Of a stretch of 64,000 bases of DNA, positions 47,700 through 61,218 are shown piece by piece; position 1 is the first letter of the stretch; the number at the start of each line of letters is the position of its first letter. The notes under the pieces are model-generated. The model was given only the letters and a program-made list of their open reading frames with translations, was not told the DNA's origin and ran no database searches. The position numbers were made by a program, and so were the translations under genes. Source of the stretch: Chiloscyllium plagiosum (Eukaryota); contig NC_057718.1 in NCBI RefSeq assembly GCF_004010195.1, forward strand, positions 84,541,446 to 84,605,445, written 5' to 3'.

Positions 47700-49945
47700 G
47701 TCTTGAAAGTACAGCAGGTCAGGCAGCATCCGAGGAGCAGGAAATTGACGTTTCGGGCAAAAACCCATTATCAGGATTAGAGGCAGGAAGCCTCCGGGGT
47801 GGAGAGATAAATAGGGGGAGGGGGGGTGAGGACAGTGTTGAGTTGGAAGGTTGGAACTGAGGTAAGGTGGGGAAACTGGTGAAGTCCACATTGATGCCCT
47901 GGCGTTGAAGTGTTCTGAGGTGGAAGATGAGGTGTTCTTCCTCCAGGTGTCAGGTGGTGAGGGAGCAGCAATGGAGGAGGCCCAGGACCTGCATGTCCCT
48001 GGCAAAGTAGGAGGGGGAGTTGAAATGTTGGGCCACGGGGCGGGGGGGTTCATTGGTGCGGGTGTCCCGGAGATGTTCCCTGAAGCGCTCTGCGAGGAGG
48101 CATCCAGTCTCCCCAATGTAGAGGAGACCGCTTATGCCCGAAACGTCGATTCTCCTGCTCCTTGGATGCTGCCTGACCTGCTGCGTTTTTCCAGCAACAC
48201 ATTTTTCAGCTCGGATCTCCAGCATCTGCAGTCCTCACTTTCTTTGAGACCGCATCAGGAGCCAAGGGTTCAATAAATGACATTGGTGGATGTGCAGTTG
48301 AAACTTTGAAGGATGGGAAAGATTGCTTTGGGGCCTTGGGTGGTGGTGAGGGAGGTGGTGTGGGTGCAGGTTTTGCAATACCTGCGGTGGCAGGTGATGG
48401 TGCCAGGATGGGAGGGTGGTTTGTTGGGGGACGTAGACCTGACCAGGTAGTCACGGAGGGAACGGTCTTTGCGGAAAGGGGTGGGGAGGGAAATATATTT
48501 CTGGTGGTGGGGTCCGTTTGGAGGTGGCGGAAATGTCGGTGGATGATTATGGTTAATGGTAGAGTGGAAAGTGGGGGTGGGGGGGGGGTTCCGTCCTTGT
48601 TTCAGTTGGAGGGGTGGGGTTTGAGGGCGGAGGTGGGGGATGTGGATGAGATACATTGGAGGGCATCTTCAAACACGTGAGAAGGGAAATTGCCATCTCT
48701 AAAAAAAAAAAAGAGGACATTTGGTTTGTTCTGTAGTGGAACTGGTCCTCCTGGGAGCAGATATGGCGGAGGAATTGGGAATACGGGATGGCATTTTTGC
48801 AGGAGTTGGGGGAAAGAGGTGTAATCCAGGTAGCTGTGGGAGTTGGTGGGTTTGTAAAAATTGTCAGTGTGAAAGCCGGTCGTCATTAATGGAGATGGAG
48901 AGGTCCAGGAAGGGGAGGGAGGTGTCAGAGATGGTCCAGTTGAATTTAAGGTCGGGGTGGAATGTGTTGAAGTTGAACTGCTCAACCTCCTTGTGAGATC
49001 ACGAGGTGGCGCCGATGCAGTCATCAGTGCAGCGGAGGAAGAGGTGTGGAGTGGTGCCGGTGTAACTACGTGGCTGACAAAGAGACAGGCATAGCTGGGG
49101 CCCATATGGGTGCTCACGGCTCCCCCTTTGGTCTGGAGGAAGTGGGAGGATTCGAAGGAGAAATTGTTAAGGGTGAGGACCAGTTCAGCCAAACGAATGT
49201 GTGTCAATGGAAGGGTACTGTTGGGGACGTCGGGAGCGGAAGAAACTAAGGGCTTGGAGGCTCTGGTCATGGTGAATGGAGGTGTAGGGGGATTGGATGT
49301 CCATGGTGACGATGAGACGTTGGGGGCGGGGTGTTTTAAAAAATTCTCAAGGTCAAGGACCAGGCTCGCAGGAAAGTAGTCTGACACAGAACAAACAGCC
49401 AAGAGGCGAGTCTGCTAGAATATAAGTGTTTTTATTCCCCGCAGCGTCGCCACAACCAGTCTCGTACTTACAACGGGTCTGGTTTATACTCACTCTACGT
49501 GTTACCGGAACTGGGAGCCGTCAGTTCTCGTAGAGCGGTTGCCAACAACCCACGCTCGGCGGTTAAACGCAACCCCGGAGCAGACTCACCGAACTGGAGA
49601 CTTTTCCAGCTGATATACTCTTTTCCAGATATAAACATTCATGTGAACAGCAGAGCAAGGCTAAAAAACACATTCCATTCTGGTTACATACAGATAAGAA
49701 GATTCACACGGGGAGGTGTGTAATAAGATTCACACGGGACTAAGCAACACCTCCATTCCGGTTAGATTCACACATGTATTGGGACATAATTTTTAACCGT
49801 TTCACCACACGGGGGAAACGGAAGTCATGGAGGAGGTGGAGGACGTGGGTGGTGTCTTGGATGCTGCATGACCTGCTGTGCTTTTCCAGCATCACTCTGA
49901 TCTAAACTTTGGTTTCCAGCATCTGCAGTCCTCACCTTTGCCTAG
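47700..49945 (-). mobile_element. Penelope-like element (RT plus GIY-YIG) with inverted terminal piece, nested short insertion (48132-48245) and nested solo LTR
   Basis: LAELVLTLNNFSFESSHFLQTKGGAVSTHMGPSYACLFV (RT), LLYIGETGCLLAERFREH (GIY-YIG); inverted terminal repeat at 49860-49945; nested insertion flanked by GAGACCGC. Confidence 0.9.
49332..49809 (-). mobile_element. Solo LTR (478 bp) with 5 bp TSD, nested in the PLE RT
   Basis: CGGGG (49327-49331) TGT...ACA CGGGG (49810-49814); minus-strand AATAAA at 49431-49436; repeated AGATTCACAC; CpG-rich. Confidence 0.85.
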
Positions 49946-51369
49946 TTGAAGCGATAAGAATGCCTAGTGTAGGAAGTGAAATATATTAATGACAGGCTGA
50001 GGCTGGTTATAAACTTTTGAGCTTTGCATCTGGTATTTGTAGTCCTAGTAGCTTGTCCTTTTGTCAGGTGAACCCATGGTGTAAGCTTTGATATATTTTC
50101 TACAGTATGTGTTGCAATGCTGCATCAATAGTTGAAGGTTATGTATCCAGTTATTAGTAAACTTCTTTTGAACGTTATTTTTATTTAGCCAAATATTTAA
50201 TGGTTCGAATGTTGCGCTCTTGATAGCTATTGAGACTGTTATCTTTTTGGAACTAGTTTTGCTGTTAGCATCACTTGTTTGGTAGCTATGTGCTAAAACC
50301 GATTGAGATGTCAATGGCACCTGATGGGAATTAATATAACAGCAGTGGTGCAGTAGAGCACGTATTCAGGTTTGATTTATACAGAAAGTACTATGGTTTG
50401 GAAAGAATACTGGTATCTGATATTTAAATTGTGATGTGGTCATCTTTATTTGATTTTAGTGAAACTTGCAATCATGGAAATATAGAATTGTATTGTACCA
50501 AAAAGAGGCCATCAGCCACTGAACATATGTTGACTTTTGGTAGGACTAATTGAATAACTACTCTTCTGTCCTTTTTTCTTTTGGAGCCCTGTAGATTTTT
50601 TTCTTTTAAATATTTTCCAGTTCTTTGAGCTACTAAATAAATTGCCATTCTTTCAGGCACTGCTTTCTTGATCACCGTAACCCTGTGTATACAGAAACTA
50701 ATCCCACCTCAGTTTGCGTTTCTTGGTTGCCTGGATTCACTGGAAATATAATGTGGAAGAGCATGATACTGTAATCTTTTGCTATAAATTCTGTATCTTA
50801 TTGTCCTGCTCCACAACTACCTGATGAAGAAGCAGTGCTCCAAATAAACATGTTGGACTATCACCTGCTGTTTGTGATTTTCAACTTTGTTCACTGGAAA
50901 TAGATTTTGCTTACTGATTGATAAAAGTGCCTCATGATTTCTTTTTCCCTTGGTTTTTTTATGCTCTGAGACCAACCCCAGCCACAGTACTGAAACCCCA
51001 CACCCTGGTATTCCAGTAAATTTCCTCTCCTCTTTCCAAGAGCCTGGACACTTCAGAAGTGTGGTGCCCAATAGCACCATTGGCAATTGCTTGCTATTAA
51101 GTACGATTGACCACATCAGAGATTCTTTGTCACTGGTCATGAGTACTGTGTTCTTGTATGGCTTATGAGTCCAATCCTAGAGCTGCATCTTCAACCACAC
51201 ATTTATCACATTTCTGGGAGGTGGAATTGGCCTTGGCCTTGAGATTATTGGCATTCTTTTCTTTTTCTGTACTTGCTCTTGCCACTGGGTATTCCAAAGA
51301 TTATCTCTCCATATAGGAGTTTCTTCCACGATTGAAGAACAATTGTTTTTTTGCTAGTTCCCTGACTCG

Positions 51370-51725
51370 TTCCTAATGAAGGGCTTTTGACCAAAACATC
51401 GTTTTTCCTGCTTCTCGAATGCTGCCTGACCTGTGCTTTTCCAGCACTACTCTAATGAAGACTATGATCTCCAGCATCTGCAGTCCTCACTTTTGCCTAG
51501 TTGATTTTAACCTTACTGCGAATGCTCTTGCAAGGATGCCTACCTTGAAGTTCTCCTCCGCTCTCTGCAAGGTTTTCAGTGAGTCTCTGTCTCTGTCTCT
51601 CTGTCTCTGTCTCTCCTCTCTGTCTCTGTCTCTCCTCTCTGTCTCTGTCTCTCCTCTCTGTCTCTGTCCCGCTCCTAGGATGCTGCCTGGCCCTGCTGTG
51701 CTTTTTCAGCACCACTCTAATCTAG
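51370..51725 (+). mobile_element. PLE terminal-repeat-derived sequence containing a (TCTCTG)n microsatellite (51583-51668)
   Basis: CTAATGAAGGGCTTTTGACCAAAAC (decayed hammerhead) and TCTCCAGCATCTGCAGTCCTCACTTTTGCC; second partial repeat at 51670-51725. Confidence 0.7.
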
Positions 51726-51739
51726 ACCCCAGTTCAGTG

Positions 51740-51892
51740 TTCATGTTGATCTTTCTGTGCACCTTCTCTTCAGCTATAACATTATTCTGTAGTTTTTGTT
51801 ACCTGATGCACTTTGTGTGGTATGATCTGCCTGTAGAACGCACAAAGCAACATTTCTCACTGTATTTCAGTACATATGACGACAAATCAAAG
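51740..51892 (+). mobile_element. Rex1/Babar-type 3' tail
   Basis: CACTGTATTTCAGTACATATGACGACAAATCAA resembles the reverse complement of 17602-17760. Confidence 0.6.
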
Positions 51893-53510
51893 TCTGTTTC
51901 TCCTGAACTTCCATAGGTTGACATCTATGCTACAGTTCTTGAGGGAGGCCTTTTGGGAGTCTTTGAAACACTTCCTTTTGTCCTCTTCAAGTGTCTTCAT
52001 TGAACTGGATGAAGATGATTTTATTTTGATTGGAACTCGCAAATCCAAACACTGGTTAGGGCTTAAACCCAACTTAGGAAAGCATTGCACAACTCTTGCT
52101 TTCCTTGCCCCTATTTATACAACCAAGGATTTCCCCAATACTTTTTATAGCTTTCTCAACTTAACTTGCACCTTCCCAGACTCTACTTTATCCCTGAAAG
52201 CATCTGTTCCTACACCTTTAAAATTGGTTCTTTTTAGTTTAAATTGCTATTCCTGATTCTCTCTACTTAAAACTATTCAGCTTGCACACCTCTGTATTAA
52301 ATTATAATCTGCCATGTATCTGGTCATTGCATCAGTGTGTGTTCTCCTGAAGTCGATTACTATCCTCTTTGTATCACTCTCATCCACCACCCTTACCTGT
52401 GGAGGAGCTATCCCCTATCACTTCCAGTAGTTTCAGAATACCACTTATCTAACTTTAGACTTGTCTGTTTCTCTTTTTTTCTGCACAATGACTTGTAGCA
52501 CCTTTTTGGGATAATTGGTCCTTTTCATTCACAACCAAATCTGGCTGAACAGTATGAAGTACTAGCAAGTCCTCCTGCAATCTGGTAAAATTGCTCACTA
52601 TTTCAGGGTCATCTTTAACTGCAAATATAACCCCCAACTTTTCAACGCACTGCAAGCTGATTCAAATTTTTTTCTCCTGCATTCAGAAAAGGTGAGGGAC
52701 TCAGACTTACATTTTCACCTAAGGTGAGATGAATAACTGCCTCTGTGACTTCCCTCCTTTTTGACAAGCCCACTGCAAGCAGCTCCTTTCCTAACCCTGA
52801 ATTTGCACCTCCTAGTTTGTTTCCTATGTTCTTTAATGCCCTTTGAGCTCACTTTGTCCATGATACCCATCTCCTTTCATCTTGACTTTATTTGTGTTGA
52901 TTACCAAGCTTTGTCTCAGAGTCCTCATGTTAGCTGATGTTCTTTTAGAATTCTATTCTTTCTTGAGATACTCTTCCTTGATCCTTCTAGATCTGCTGTC
53001 ATTATCCCACTCTGCAAAAAAATGTCACTTTGTCCCCACTGTCCTTGGAAGTTACGACTTTATTTTGTAAGTCCTTGAGCATGTTATTGCATGTTCAATA
53101 ACTGCCTATCTTAACCGGAACACATTGTTAGTGTTCCCTGAATTTGGCTCTTCAGCCACATTCCAGCATCTCTTGAAGACCCAAATGATCTCGTTTTGTG
53201 TCTAATAAAAGTCATGGCCCCTTGGCCATGTTTAATCACATCATCCACCCCGACACCTTCCCAGTGCTGCCGACTTGGTTCAGCGATAAGGAATTTCCTC
53301 CATTGGCAGAATTGTCTTTGGTATTGTAGAATTTTTGTCCTTAATTTTTTTTTTTCTCCAATCTCCAACTCCACAGAGGTGCATTTCAATAAAAGCAATG
53401 CCACTTTTGAGCTTACAAACATAGCAAGATGAAACTAGACTTGCCAATGATTATGCTAGGGCATGTATATTTGCAGAGTGTGCTTGGCCGTGGCTATCTA
53501 CAAAGTGAAG

Positions 53511-53885
53511 TTAGATTAGATTATATTAGTGTGGAAACAAGAAGTGTCGGCCCAACAAGTTGGGCCGAAGGGCCTGTTTCCACACTGTAAGTAATCTAAT
53601 CTAATCTAAAAAAAAAAGTCCACACCGACCCGCCGAAGCGAAACCCACCCATACCCCTACATTTACCCCTTACCTAACACTACGGGCAATTTAGCATGGC
53701 CAATTCACCTGACCCTGCACATCTTTGGACTGTGGGAGGAAACCGGAGCACCCGGAGGAAACCCACACAGACACGGGGAGAATGTGCAAACTCCACACAG
53801 TCAGTCGCCTGAGGCGGGAATTGAACCCGGGTCTCAGGCGCTGTGAGGCAGCAGTGCTAACCACTGTGCCACCGTGCCGCCCACT
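53511..53885 (-). mobile_element. Young full-length HE1-type V-SINE with a second SINE tail nested in opposite orientation
   Basis: Reverse complement of 6107-6432 at high identity; + strand tail GGGCCGAAGGGCCTGTTTCC...(AATCT)n-A-run at about 53560-53617. Confidence 0.92.
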
Positions 53886-53994
53886 AAGTGTGGTTTTGTC
53901 AGATGCAGCACCAGAGCACAGACTGTGGGGAAACATTGAACAGTGTGTAGCTGTTGCAAAGGATGGAGATTGATCAGAGGTTGTGTATGGCTCC

Positions 53995-54066
53995 GAGATA
54001 AGCAACTGGCTGGGTCTGACATACCTGAATGTTCAGGTATGTCCGACCCAGCCAGTTGCTTACCTC
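53995..54066. repeat. Near-perfect 72 bp palindrome (35 bp arms, 2 nt spacer)
   Basis: GAGATAAGCAACTGGCTGGGTCTGACATACCTGAA-TG-TTCAGGTATGTCCGACCCAGCCAGTTGCTTACCTC, two mismatches. Confidence 0.9.
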
Positions 54067-54689
54067 TGGACATCTGGCAGTTGACTTCGAGTGCAATTTG
54101 TAAGCACTGTACTGAGATATGTTAGTGTAGATTGTTTCCTTTTCCCAGCAGATGGCACCTATTTTCTAGGTTTGACTTGCACTGGGCAAATGCTTTTTTC
54201 CCCCACTATCTCCCAATGGCTACAAGGAGTCTGGAGTAAATGATTGGTAAGAGCTCGAAGATTGTTGTGGTGTTTGGTCTGAAGATCCTGATGTTTGACT
54301 ATTAGATGTGAATTTAGCCATGGAAGACTCTGTTGTAATTAACTTTTTAGTATGCTGAACTAGTTTTCTTGGTTATAATTCACTGATAATAGTCTCATTT
54401 AAACACTACTCCATTTTATTGACCAGCATGGAACCTTAAAACATGCTTGATTTCCATGACTTAATCAATTGAATTGATGGAAGACATGGGGTTTAATTTG
54501 TAATTTTGTTTTAACCAACCTTATATTTTTGAGGCAAAATAGATTTTATAAGCGTTAATTTGGATTTAAAATTGTAGCTGCTGCTATATTTGGAAAAACC
54601 ATTAATTGAAAATGTTCCAAAAATGCTATTGTGTGCATAATAGGGCCTTAATCTAGTTGAATTCCAAATTGTACATAGCATTATAAAAC

Positions 54690-55300
54690 AGCATGACACT
54701 GATCCACAGAAAATGGTATTGGGTCAGATGTGTGAAACCTGATCAAAAATATAGGTTCTAAAGAATGCCCTTATTGCACAAAGATAGGTAGAGGTGGATT
54801 CCAGAGTTCAGGACATGGGCGGCTGGTTTCAACAATTTTAAAATTTGGGGTTGTTCAACAAACTAATATTAGATGTAAAATTCTTCTGAAATGAAAGTGT
54901 GAATATCTTGGTGGTTTCTGGAACTGGCAAAGATTAGGGGTGAGACCATGGATGGATTTGAAATGAAAACTAACACATTTAAGTTTCAAGATGTTGCTTA
55001 ACCAGGAAGGTTAGTCAGCTTGGTGAATGAGACGTGGCATGATTTAAAGATATAAATGCATTAGTGTCTTGGCTGAAGTTTAAAGTGTTTAGGATATGGA
55101 ATCTTGATCAAGAATGCATGAGAAATCTAGAGAACGAAGATATGGGTGACAGTTTTAGTAGCAAATGACCTGAGGCAAGGATGGAGATGGGCAATGGTGG
55201 AGGTGGAAGGGAATGATCTTCCTGATTGATGTTTGGGAGCTTATGCAGTAGTCAGATTTGGTTCAGGCATAGGAAAGGGATGAAATAGGAGCATGATATT
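54690..55300 (-). mobile_element. Old L2-type LINE 3' fragment
   Basis: Degenerate purine-rich L2-like 3' region (GGATTCCAGAGTT, GAGACCATGGATGGATTTG, GATGGGCAATGGTGGAGGTGGAA). Confidence 0.45.
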
Positions 55301-55899
55301 AAAGGGTTAATTTGCTCTGCTGATGTCCCGAGGCTAGGATGGGGTGTCTCTGATTTAAGGTAGATTGTAAGGAATTTACATTCCCATCCCTTGCCATTCA
55401 GAGCCATTTGCATGGCCACTTCCTAGTTGTTCAGAGTAAAAGAATTGCATCATCATCCTATTCAGAAATCAATAAGAACATTACAGTTGGCATTTTGACT
55501 ACTCCCTGCCGTTTTTAAAAAAAATGATTCACAACAGATTTGACCATTGACGGATGATTTTACATTATATTGTTTCTGGAAATGATGTGGTCACTGCGTT
55601 GTCTGGAGTGGCATGTGACTGTAGTGGAGTGACTGGGAGTTGTCTTGTGGGCATCACTGACTGTGTGATGTAAAGATTTTGTATAAAGGAAGGACTGTTT
55701 CCTTTGTTCGGAGAGAGATCCCTTCACATGAAGAAGAGTGTTAAAGGTTTCTCCAGAAAGTTTGTACTATGTTTGCTTAATAAAATTTTGGCTGTTCACA
55801 GAAGTTGGCATCTGTAGTTGCATCAAGTGTATAAGAATCTGAGGAAAAAGAACTTAACGGGGGCTAGTGAATTGAGTTACCAGGAGCCTAAAGACTATC

Positions 55900-56182
55900 T
55901 TAGAGTCATAGAGATGTACAGCACAGACTCAGACCCAGGCCCTTCAGTCCTCCGTGCCGACTAGATATCCTAAATTGGTCCAGTCCCATTTGCTAGCACT
56001 TGGCCCATATTCCTCTAAACCCTTCCTATTCATCTACCGATCTGGATGCCTTTTAAATGGTGTAATTGTCCTAGCCTCCACCACTTCCTCTGGCTGCTCA
56101 TTCCATACGTGCATGACAATGTTGTCTCTTTTTAAATCTTGCCCCTCTCACCTTAAACCTATGCCTTCTAGTTCTAGGCTCT
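55900..56182 (-). mobile_element. CR1 3' tail
   Basis: TAGAGTCATAGAGATGTACAGCA...CCACCACTTCCTCTGGCTGCTCATTCCATAC. Confidence 0.85.
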
Positions 56183-56547
56183 AATTATTTTGAAGTTTCT
56201 CCTCATCCTGTACTGGATGTTGAACAAGCAGTCTTGAGTTAGAAAGAGGGGTTGAAGGAGGTGAAAGAGGCATGTTATTAGTATGCATGCACTGACTCCA
56301 GTTGATGGTACAAATTGAGGCCTGGATTAGTAGATGATCTTTAACATAGTAGTTAGTCACTGACACATTTACGAGTCTGCAGAGTTTCTTTAATAATATA
56401 TTAGATTTTTGTTATACTGGAGAAATTACTGGAGTAATCAAACTATCTACATATGGAAAACAGCTTGAATGATTTTAATACTATTTTTGTGCTAACCTTG
56501 TTTTCCTGATGCTATCTATTACAGGGATTCATTTGTCAAAATTACTT

Positions 56548-59420
56548 GGAGTCATAGAGCTATACAGCAAGGAAATATTTGGTCCAGCTCATCCATTCTG
56601 ATCAGAAATCCTACATTAATCTAGTCCTATTTGCCAGCATTTGGCCCATATTCCTCTAAGCCTTTCCTACTCACGTACCCATCCAGGTGCCTTTTTAAAT
56701 GTTATAAATGTACCAGCCTCCACCACTTCCTCTGGCAGTTCATTCCATACACATACCAGCCTCTCTGGAAAAAATTGTCCCTTAGATCCTTTTTGAATCT
56801 TGCCCTCTCAGCTTAAACCTCTTCAGTTTTGGACTTTTCCAGCCCAGTGAAAAGACCGTGGCTACTTGCCCTATCCATGACTGTCATGATTTGATAAACG
56901 TCAAAGGTCATCTCTCTGTCTCTAACACTCTAGGGAAAATAGCCCCAGCCTATTCAGCTTCTCCCTATAGCTCAAACCCTCCTACCCCAGCAACCCCCTT
57001 TATGAATCGTTTCTGAACTCTTCCAAGTTTTGCATCCTCCCTATAGCAGGGAGACGAATAGAATTCAGTATTCCAAAAGTGGCCTAACCAATTTCCTGTA
57101 CAGCCGCAACATGACTTCCCGACTCTTACACTCGACACACTGATCAATAAAGGAAAGCTGCTTTCACTATCCTGTCTACCTGTATCATGGAGAAAATGTA
57201 GAGAATCACCAGGAGACGCAGAGTTCTTCAAGAAGTAGGTCTTTTATTTGCACACAAAAAAAACTGTGACGCTGAGAAAGCAGATTCTCGAATGCCCACG
57301 AACCTGAGTCCGTGGTTTTTTTTATATCTTGTTTCTGATAGCTTATCAGCATGTCCAACTGTATTAATCAAAGTACCTCACTCTAGCTACACAATAAACC
57401 AGTGATGTTAGTTCCCATCATCTCTTTAGTTGTACATTCTATTAATGTTATTCTAATATCACAGTTAGATATTTAGTGTCAGCTTTTGCAACAGTAGTCT
57501 TTCATTCCAGACCTACTTAATATTTTCCTAATATTATGATCAGATATTTATTATCAATAGTCTCAAGCCGGCTGACACTACTAACTATTTATTAGATATT
57601 TAAAGTCATGTCCCAAATATTTAAGGTCCCAGTCTTGTCATAATGATACTAACAGGGAGGCTAACTTTACTAATTGTGTTATCTTATCTCATACCAGCCT
57701 CAACCTTACTCTGCTAATTGGTGTAAGAGTATTCCACTATTCTTATCCCATCCTGCATTCCACAGACCCCTTGCAACCGATCGGCAGTGGACTCCATGCT
57801 TTAACCCTTCCCTTGCTTTCATGCTCTTTATTTTCCATACCTGCGACTCTACTTTCAAGGAACTATGATGCTGCACACCAAGGCCTCTGTTTAGCAACAC
57901 TCCCCAGGACTATACCATTAAGAGCATAAGTTCTGCCCTGATTTGTCTTTTCAAAATACAGTACTTTGCATTTACCTAAATTAAACTCCACCTGCCACTC
58001 CTTGGCCCATCTGATCGAGGTCCCGTTGTACTGAGGTAACCTCCTCCTTATTTTTCCACTACAGCCCAAATTTTGGTGTCACTGCAAACTTACTTACCAT
58101 AACTCCTATGTTCACATCCAAATCATTTATATAAAATGACAAAAAGGAGTGGACCCAGCACTGATCATTCTGGCACTGGTCACAGGTCTCTAGCTTGAAA
58201 AGCAACCCTCTACCACCACCCACCTTTGAGCCAGTTCTGTATCCAAATGGCTAGTTCACCCTGTATTCCATGTGATCTAGCCTTGCTAACTAGTCTACCA
58301 TGTGGAACATTGTCAAATGCCTTACTGAGATCCACATGGATCACATCCACTTTGTCTTCATCAATCCTCTGTTACTTCAAATATCTCAAAGTTAGTGAGA
58401 AATGATTTCCCACATAGAAAGCCATGTTGACTATCCACAATCAGTCCTTGCTTTTCTAAATTTTTGTAAATAGTGTGCCTCAGGATTCCCTCTAACAACT
58501 TGCCCACCACTATGTCAGGCACACTGGTCTGTAGTTCCCTGGCTTTTCTGTATCACCTTTCTTAAATAGTTGCACCACGTTAGCCAACCTTCAGCTTTTC
58601 AGCATGTCGCCGATTATTGATACAAATATCTCAAGGGGCCCAGCAATCATTTCCCTAGCTTCCCACAGAGTTCTGTGGTACACCTGATCAGGTCTTGAGG
58701 ATTTTTCCACCTTTATGCATTTTAAGACATCCTGCACCATCACCTCTGTGATACGGACATTTTTCAAAAAGTCACTATATATTCAAGTTCTTTAGCTTCT
58801 CCACTGTACTCATTTACTATCTCACTTATCTCCTGTGGTTCTACACATAAGTGGCCTTGCTGTGATCTTTGAGGCCCTATTCTCTCCCTAGTTTTTTTTT
58901 GGTCCTTCGTGTATCTGTAGAATCTCTTTTAGATTCTCCTTAACCCCATTTGCCAAAGCTATCTCCTCCGCTTTTTGCCCTCCTGATTTCCCTCTATGTA
59001 TACTCCTATTGTCTTTATACTCCCCCAGGGATTCACTCTATCTGTGCTGTCTATATCTGGTATACGCTTCCTCTTTCTCTAGTCATCCAGCATTCCCTAC
59101 AGTTATCTAGTTTTTGAAGGCATCTCATTTTCCAGAGATTCCTTTATCTGCAAATATCTGGCCCCAATCAACTTTTGAAAATTCTTTTCTAATACTACCA
59201 CAATTTGGCTTCCTTCCAATTTAGATGTTTAACTTTTTAGATCCGGTCTGTCCTTTTCCATCATTATTTTGAAACTACTTCATTCTGATCACTGGCCCCA
59301 AGTGCTCCCACACTCTCACCTCCGTTACCTGCCAAGAGTAGGTTAACCGTTGCTCCTTCTCTAGAAGGTACATCCACCTGCTGAATCAGAAAATTTTCTT
59401 GTCCACACTTAACATTCTCT
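56548..59420 (-). mobile_element. CR1 LINE (decayed) with nested solo LTR
   Basis: Collinear with the CR1 at 19021-21692; WAKEWQVEFNLGKCKVLYF in ORF 57863-58069. Confidence 0.9.
57181..57837 (-). mobile_element. Solo LTR (657 bp) with TACC TSD, nested in CR1
   Basis: TACC (57177-57180) TG...CA TACC (57838-57841); CR1 resumes exactly; minus-strand TATAAA (57323-57328) then AATAAA (57243-57248). Confidence 0.8.
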
Positions 59421-59509
59421 GTATCAAATTTAAGTTCTACTTAATTGATTCTTCCCAGTTCCCTTTCTTGTGAATTATGGAGTCTCCTTAAATGAATGCA
59501 CTCAAAATA

Positions 59510-59970
59510 CACCATGAAAAAGGAGCAGAAGTAGGACATTTGGCCAATTGAGACTGCTGTGCCATTCAATAAAATCATGTCTGATCTGATAATCATCAAG
59601 TCCACATTCCTGTATTTGCCCTATAACACTTTATTCCCTGCCTGGCTATCTGTCACTCTTAAGTGTTCTTAACAATCCCATCTCTCCAATCCATTATGGT
59701 AAAGGATTCCACAGATTCACTACTGACTGAGGGGGGAAAATACGTTCTCATTTGTCTTAAATGAGCAATCTCCTCTTCTGAGATTATGACTTCTGGTCCT
59801 ACACTGTCAAGGGGAAACAAACTCAGCATCCACACTGTCAAGCCATGTAAGGATCTTTTTATGTTTGAATAAATTTATCCTCATTTCTTCTAAACTGAGT
59901 GTAGGCCTAGCCTAACCTATTCAACCTCTCCTTGTAAGACAATATTCCATAACCAAGATCAATCTCGTAA
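59510..59970 (-). mobile_element. Old CR1-type 3' end
   Basis: AGGAGCAGAAGTAGG...CCATTCAATAAAATCATGTCTGATCTG...GATTCCACAGATTCACTAC. Confidence 0.6.
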
Positions 59971-61218
59971 GCCCAAACCAGAAATTGCTGGCAAAACTCA
60001 ACATGTCCGGCAGTATCTGTGGAAAGAAAGTAGAGTTAATGTTTCAAAGCTGTTTAGTTACTTACTACAGTTGCCCTTTTTGTAACCAGTCTATCATGTA
60101 CTTGATGAAATGTCACATGCTAATGAAGACTTAAATTGTTTGTCCAGATGATTCAGCCATTCAGAATATAACTGCTAATGTAAGGATTTGTGTATAACTT
60201 GAAGGACTTGATCCACGGACTTCCATGTTTTTGAATATTGATTAACCTCTACCTTAATCTTTTGTCCCCGGAATGTAAAGTATCTGTAATACACCACTGA
60301 AAAGGAGCTGGGAAGTCTGCCTGCTGCCTTGGCAGTAACATTCATTACTTAGGCAGTATCATACATGCTTGTGGGACCTTGCTGTGTACGGAACAGGTTG
60401 CTGCATTTGTGATGCTACACCAATGAACACTTGAAAGTCTTTGACTGTTAATGAAATGTTGCAGTGTGGAGAAAATTGTTTTATAGGTGTAAGTTCTTTA
60501 TTGGTCTTTTAACTCCCATTGCAGTTGAAATGATTTTGGTTTTCTGAATTGTCTATTTTATTTCAGCAACATTTCTGAACGCAACTCTGAATTCTAAAAT
60601 TAATATTTTCTGGCTCACCAGCTCAGCTACGATGATTCCAGAGTAAACAGAAGAAGGACTTGATCAGAGTCAGAGATGCACAGCACAGAAACAGACCCTG
60701 TGGTCCAACTCGTCCATGCCAACCAGATATCCTAAATTAATCTAGTCTAGTCCCATTTGCCAGCACTTAGCCATATCCCACCAAACCCTTCCTACTTATG
60801 CCCATCCAGATGCTTTTTTAAATGTTGTAACTGTCCTAGCCTCCTCCATATCATCTGGCAGCTCATTCCATGCGTGCATCACCTCTGTGAAAAAAAATTG
60901 CCTCTTGGGTCCCTTTTAAATCTTTCCCCTCTTGCTGTAAACCTGTGCCCTTTAGTTCTGGACTCCCCTACCCTAGGGAAAGGATCTTGTCTATTTACCC
61001 TATCCGAGTCATCTTATAAACATCTATAGGGTCTCCCATCAGCTGCTGATGCTCCAAGGAAAACAGCTTCAGCCTATTCAGCCCCTCCCTATTGCTCCAA
61101 CCTTGGCAACATCCTTGTAAATCTTTTGTGTGCCCTTTCAAGTTTCACAACATCCGTCCAATAGGAGGGAAATCAGAATTGCACACAAAAATCCAACAGT
61201 GGCCTAACCAATGTCCTG

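Noticed and set aside
51419..51916. 165 aa ORF
   Set aside because: Chance read-through of a PLE terminal repeat, a TCTCTG microsatellite and a Rex/Babar tail.
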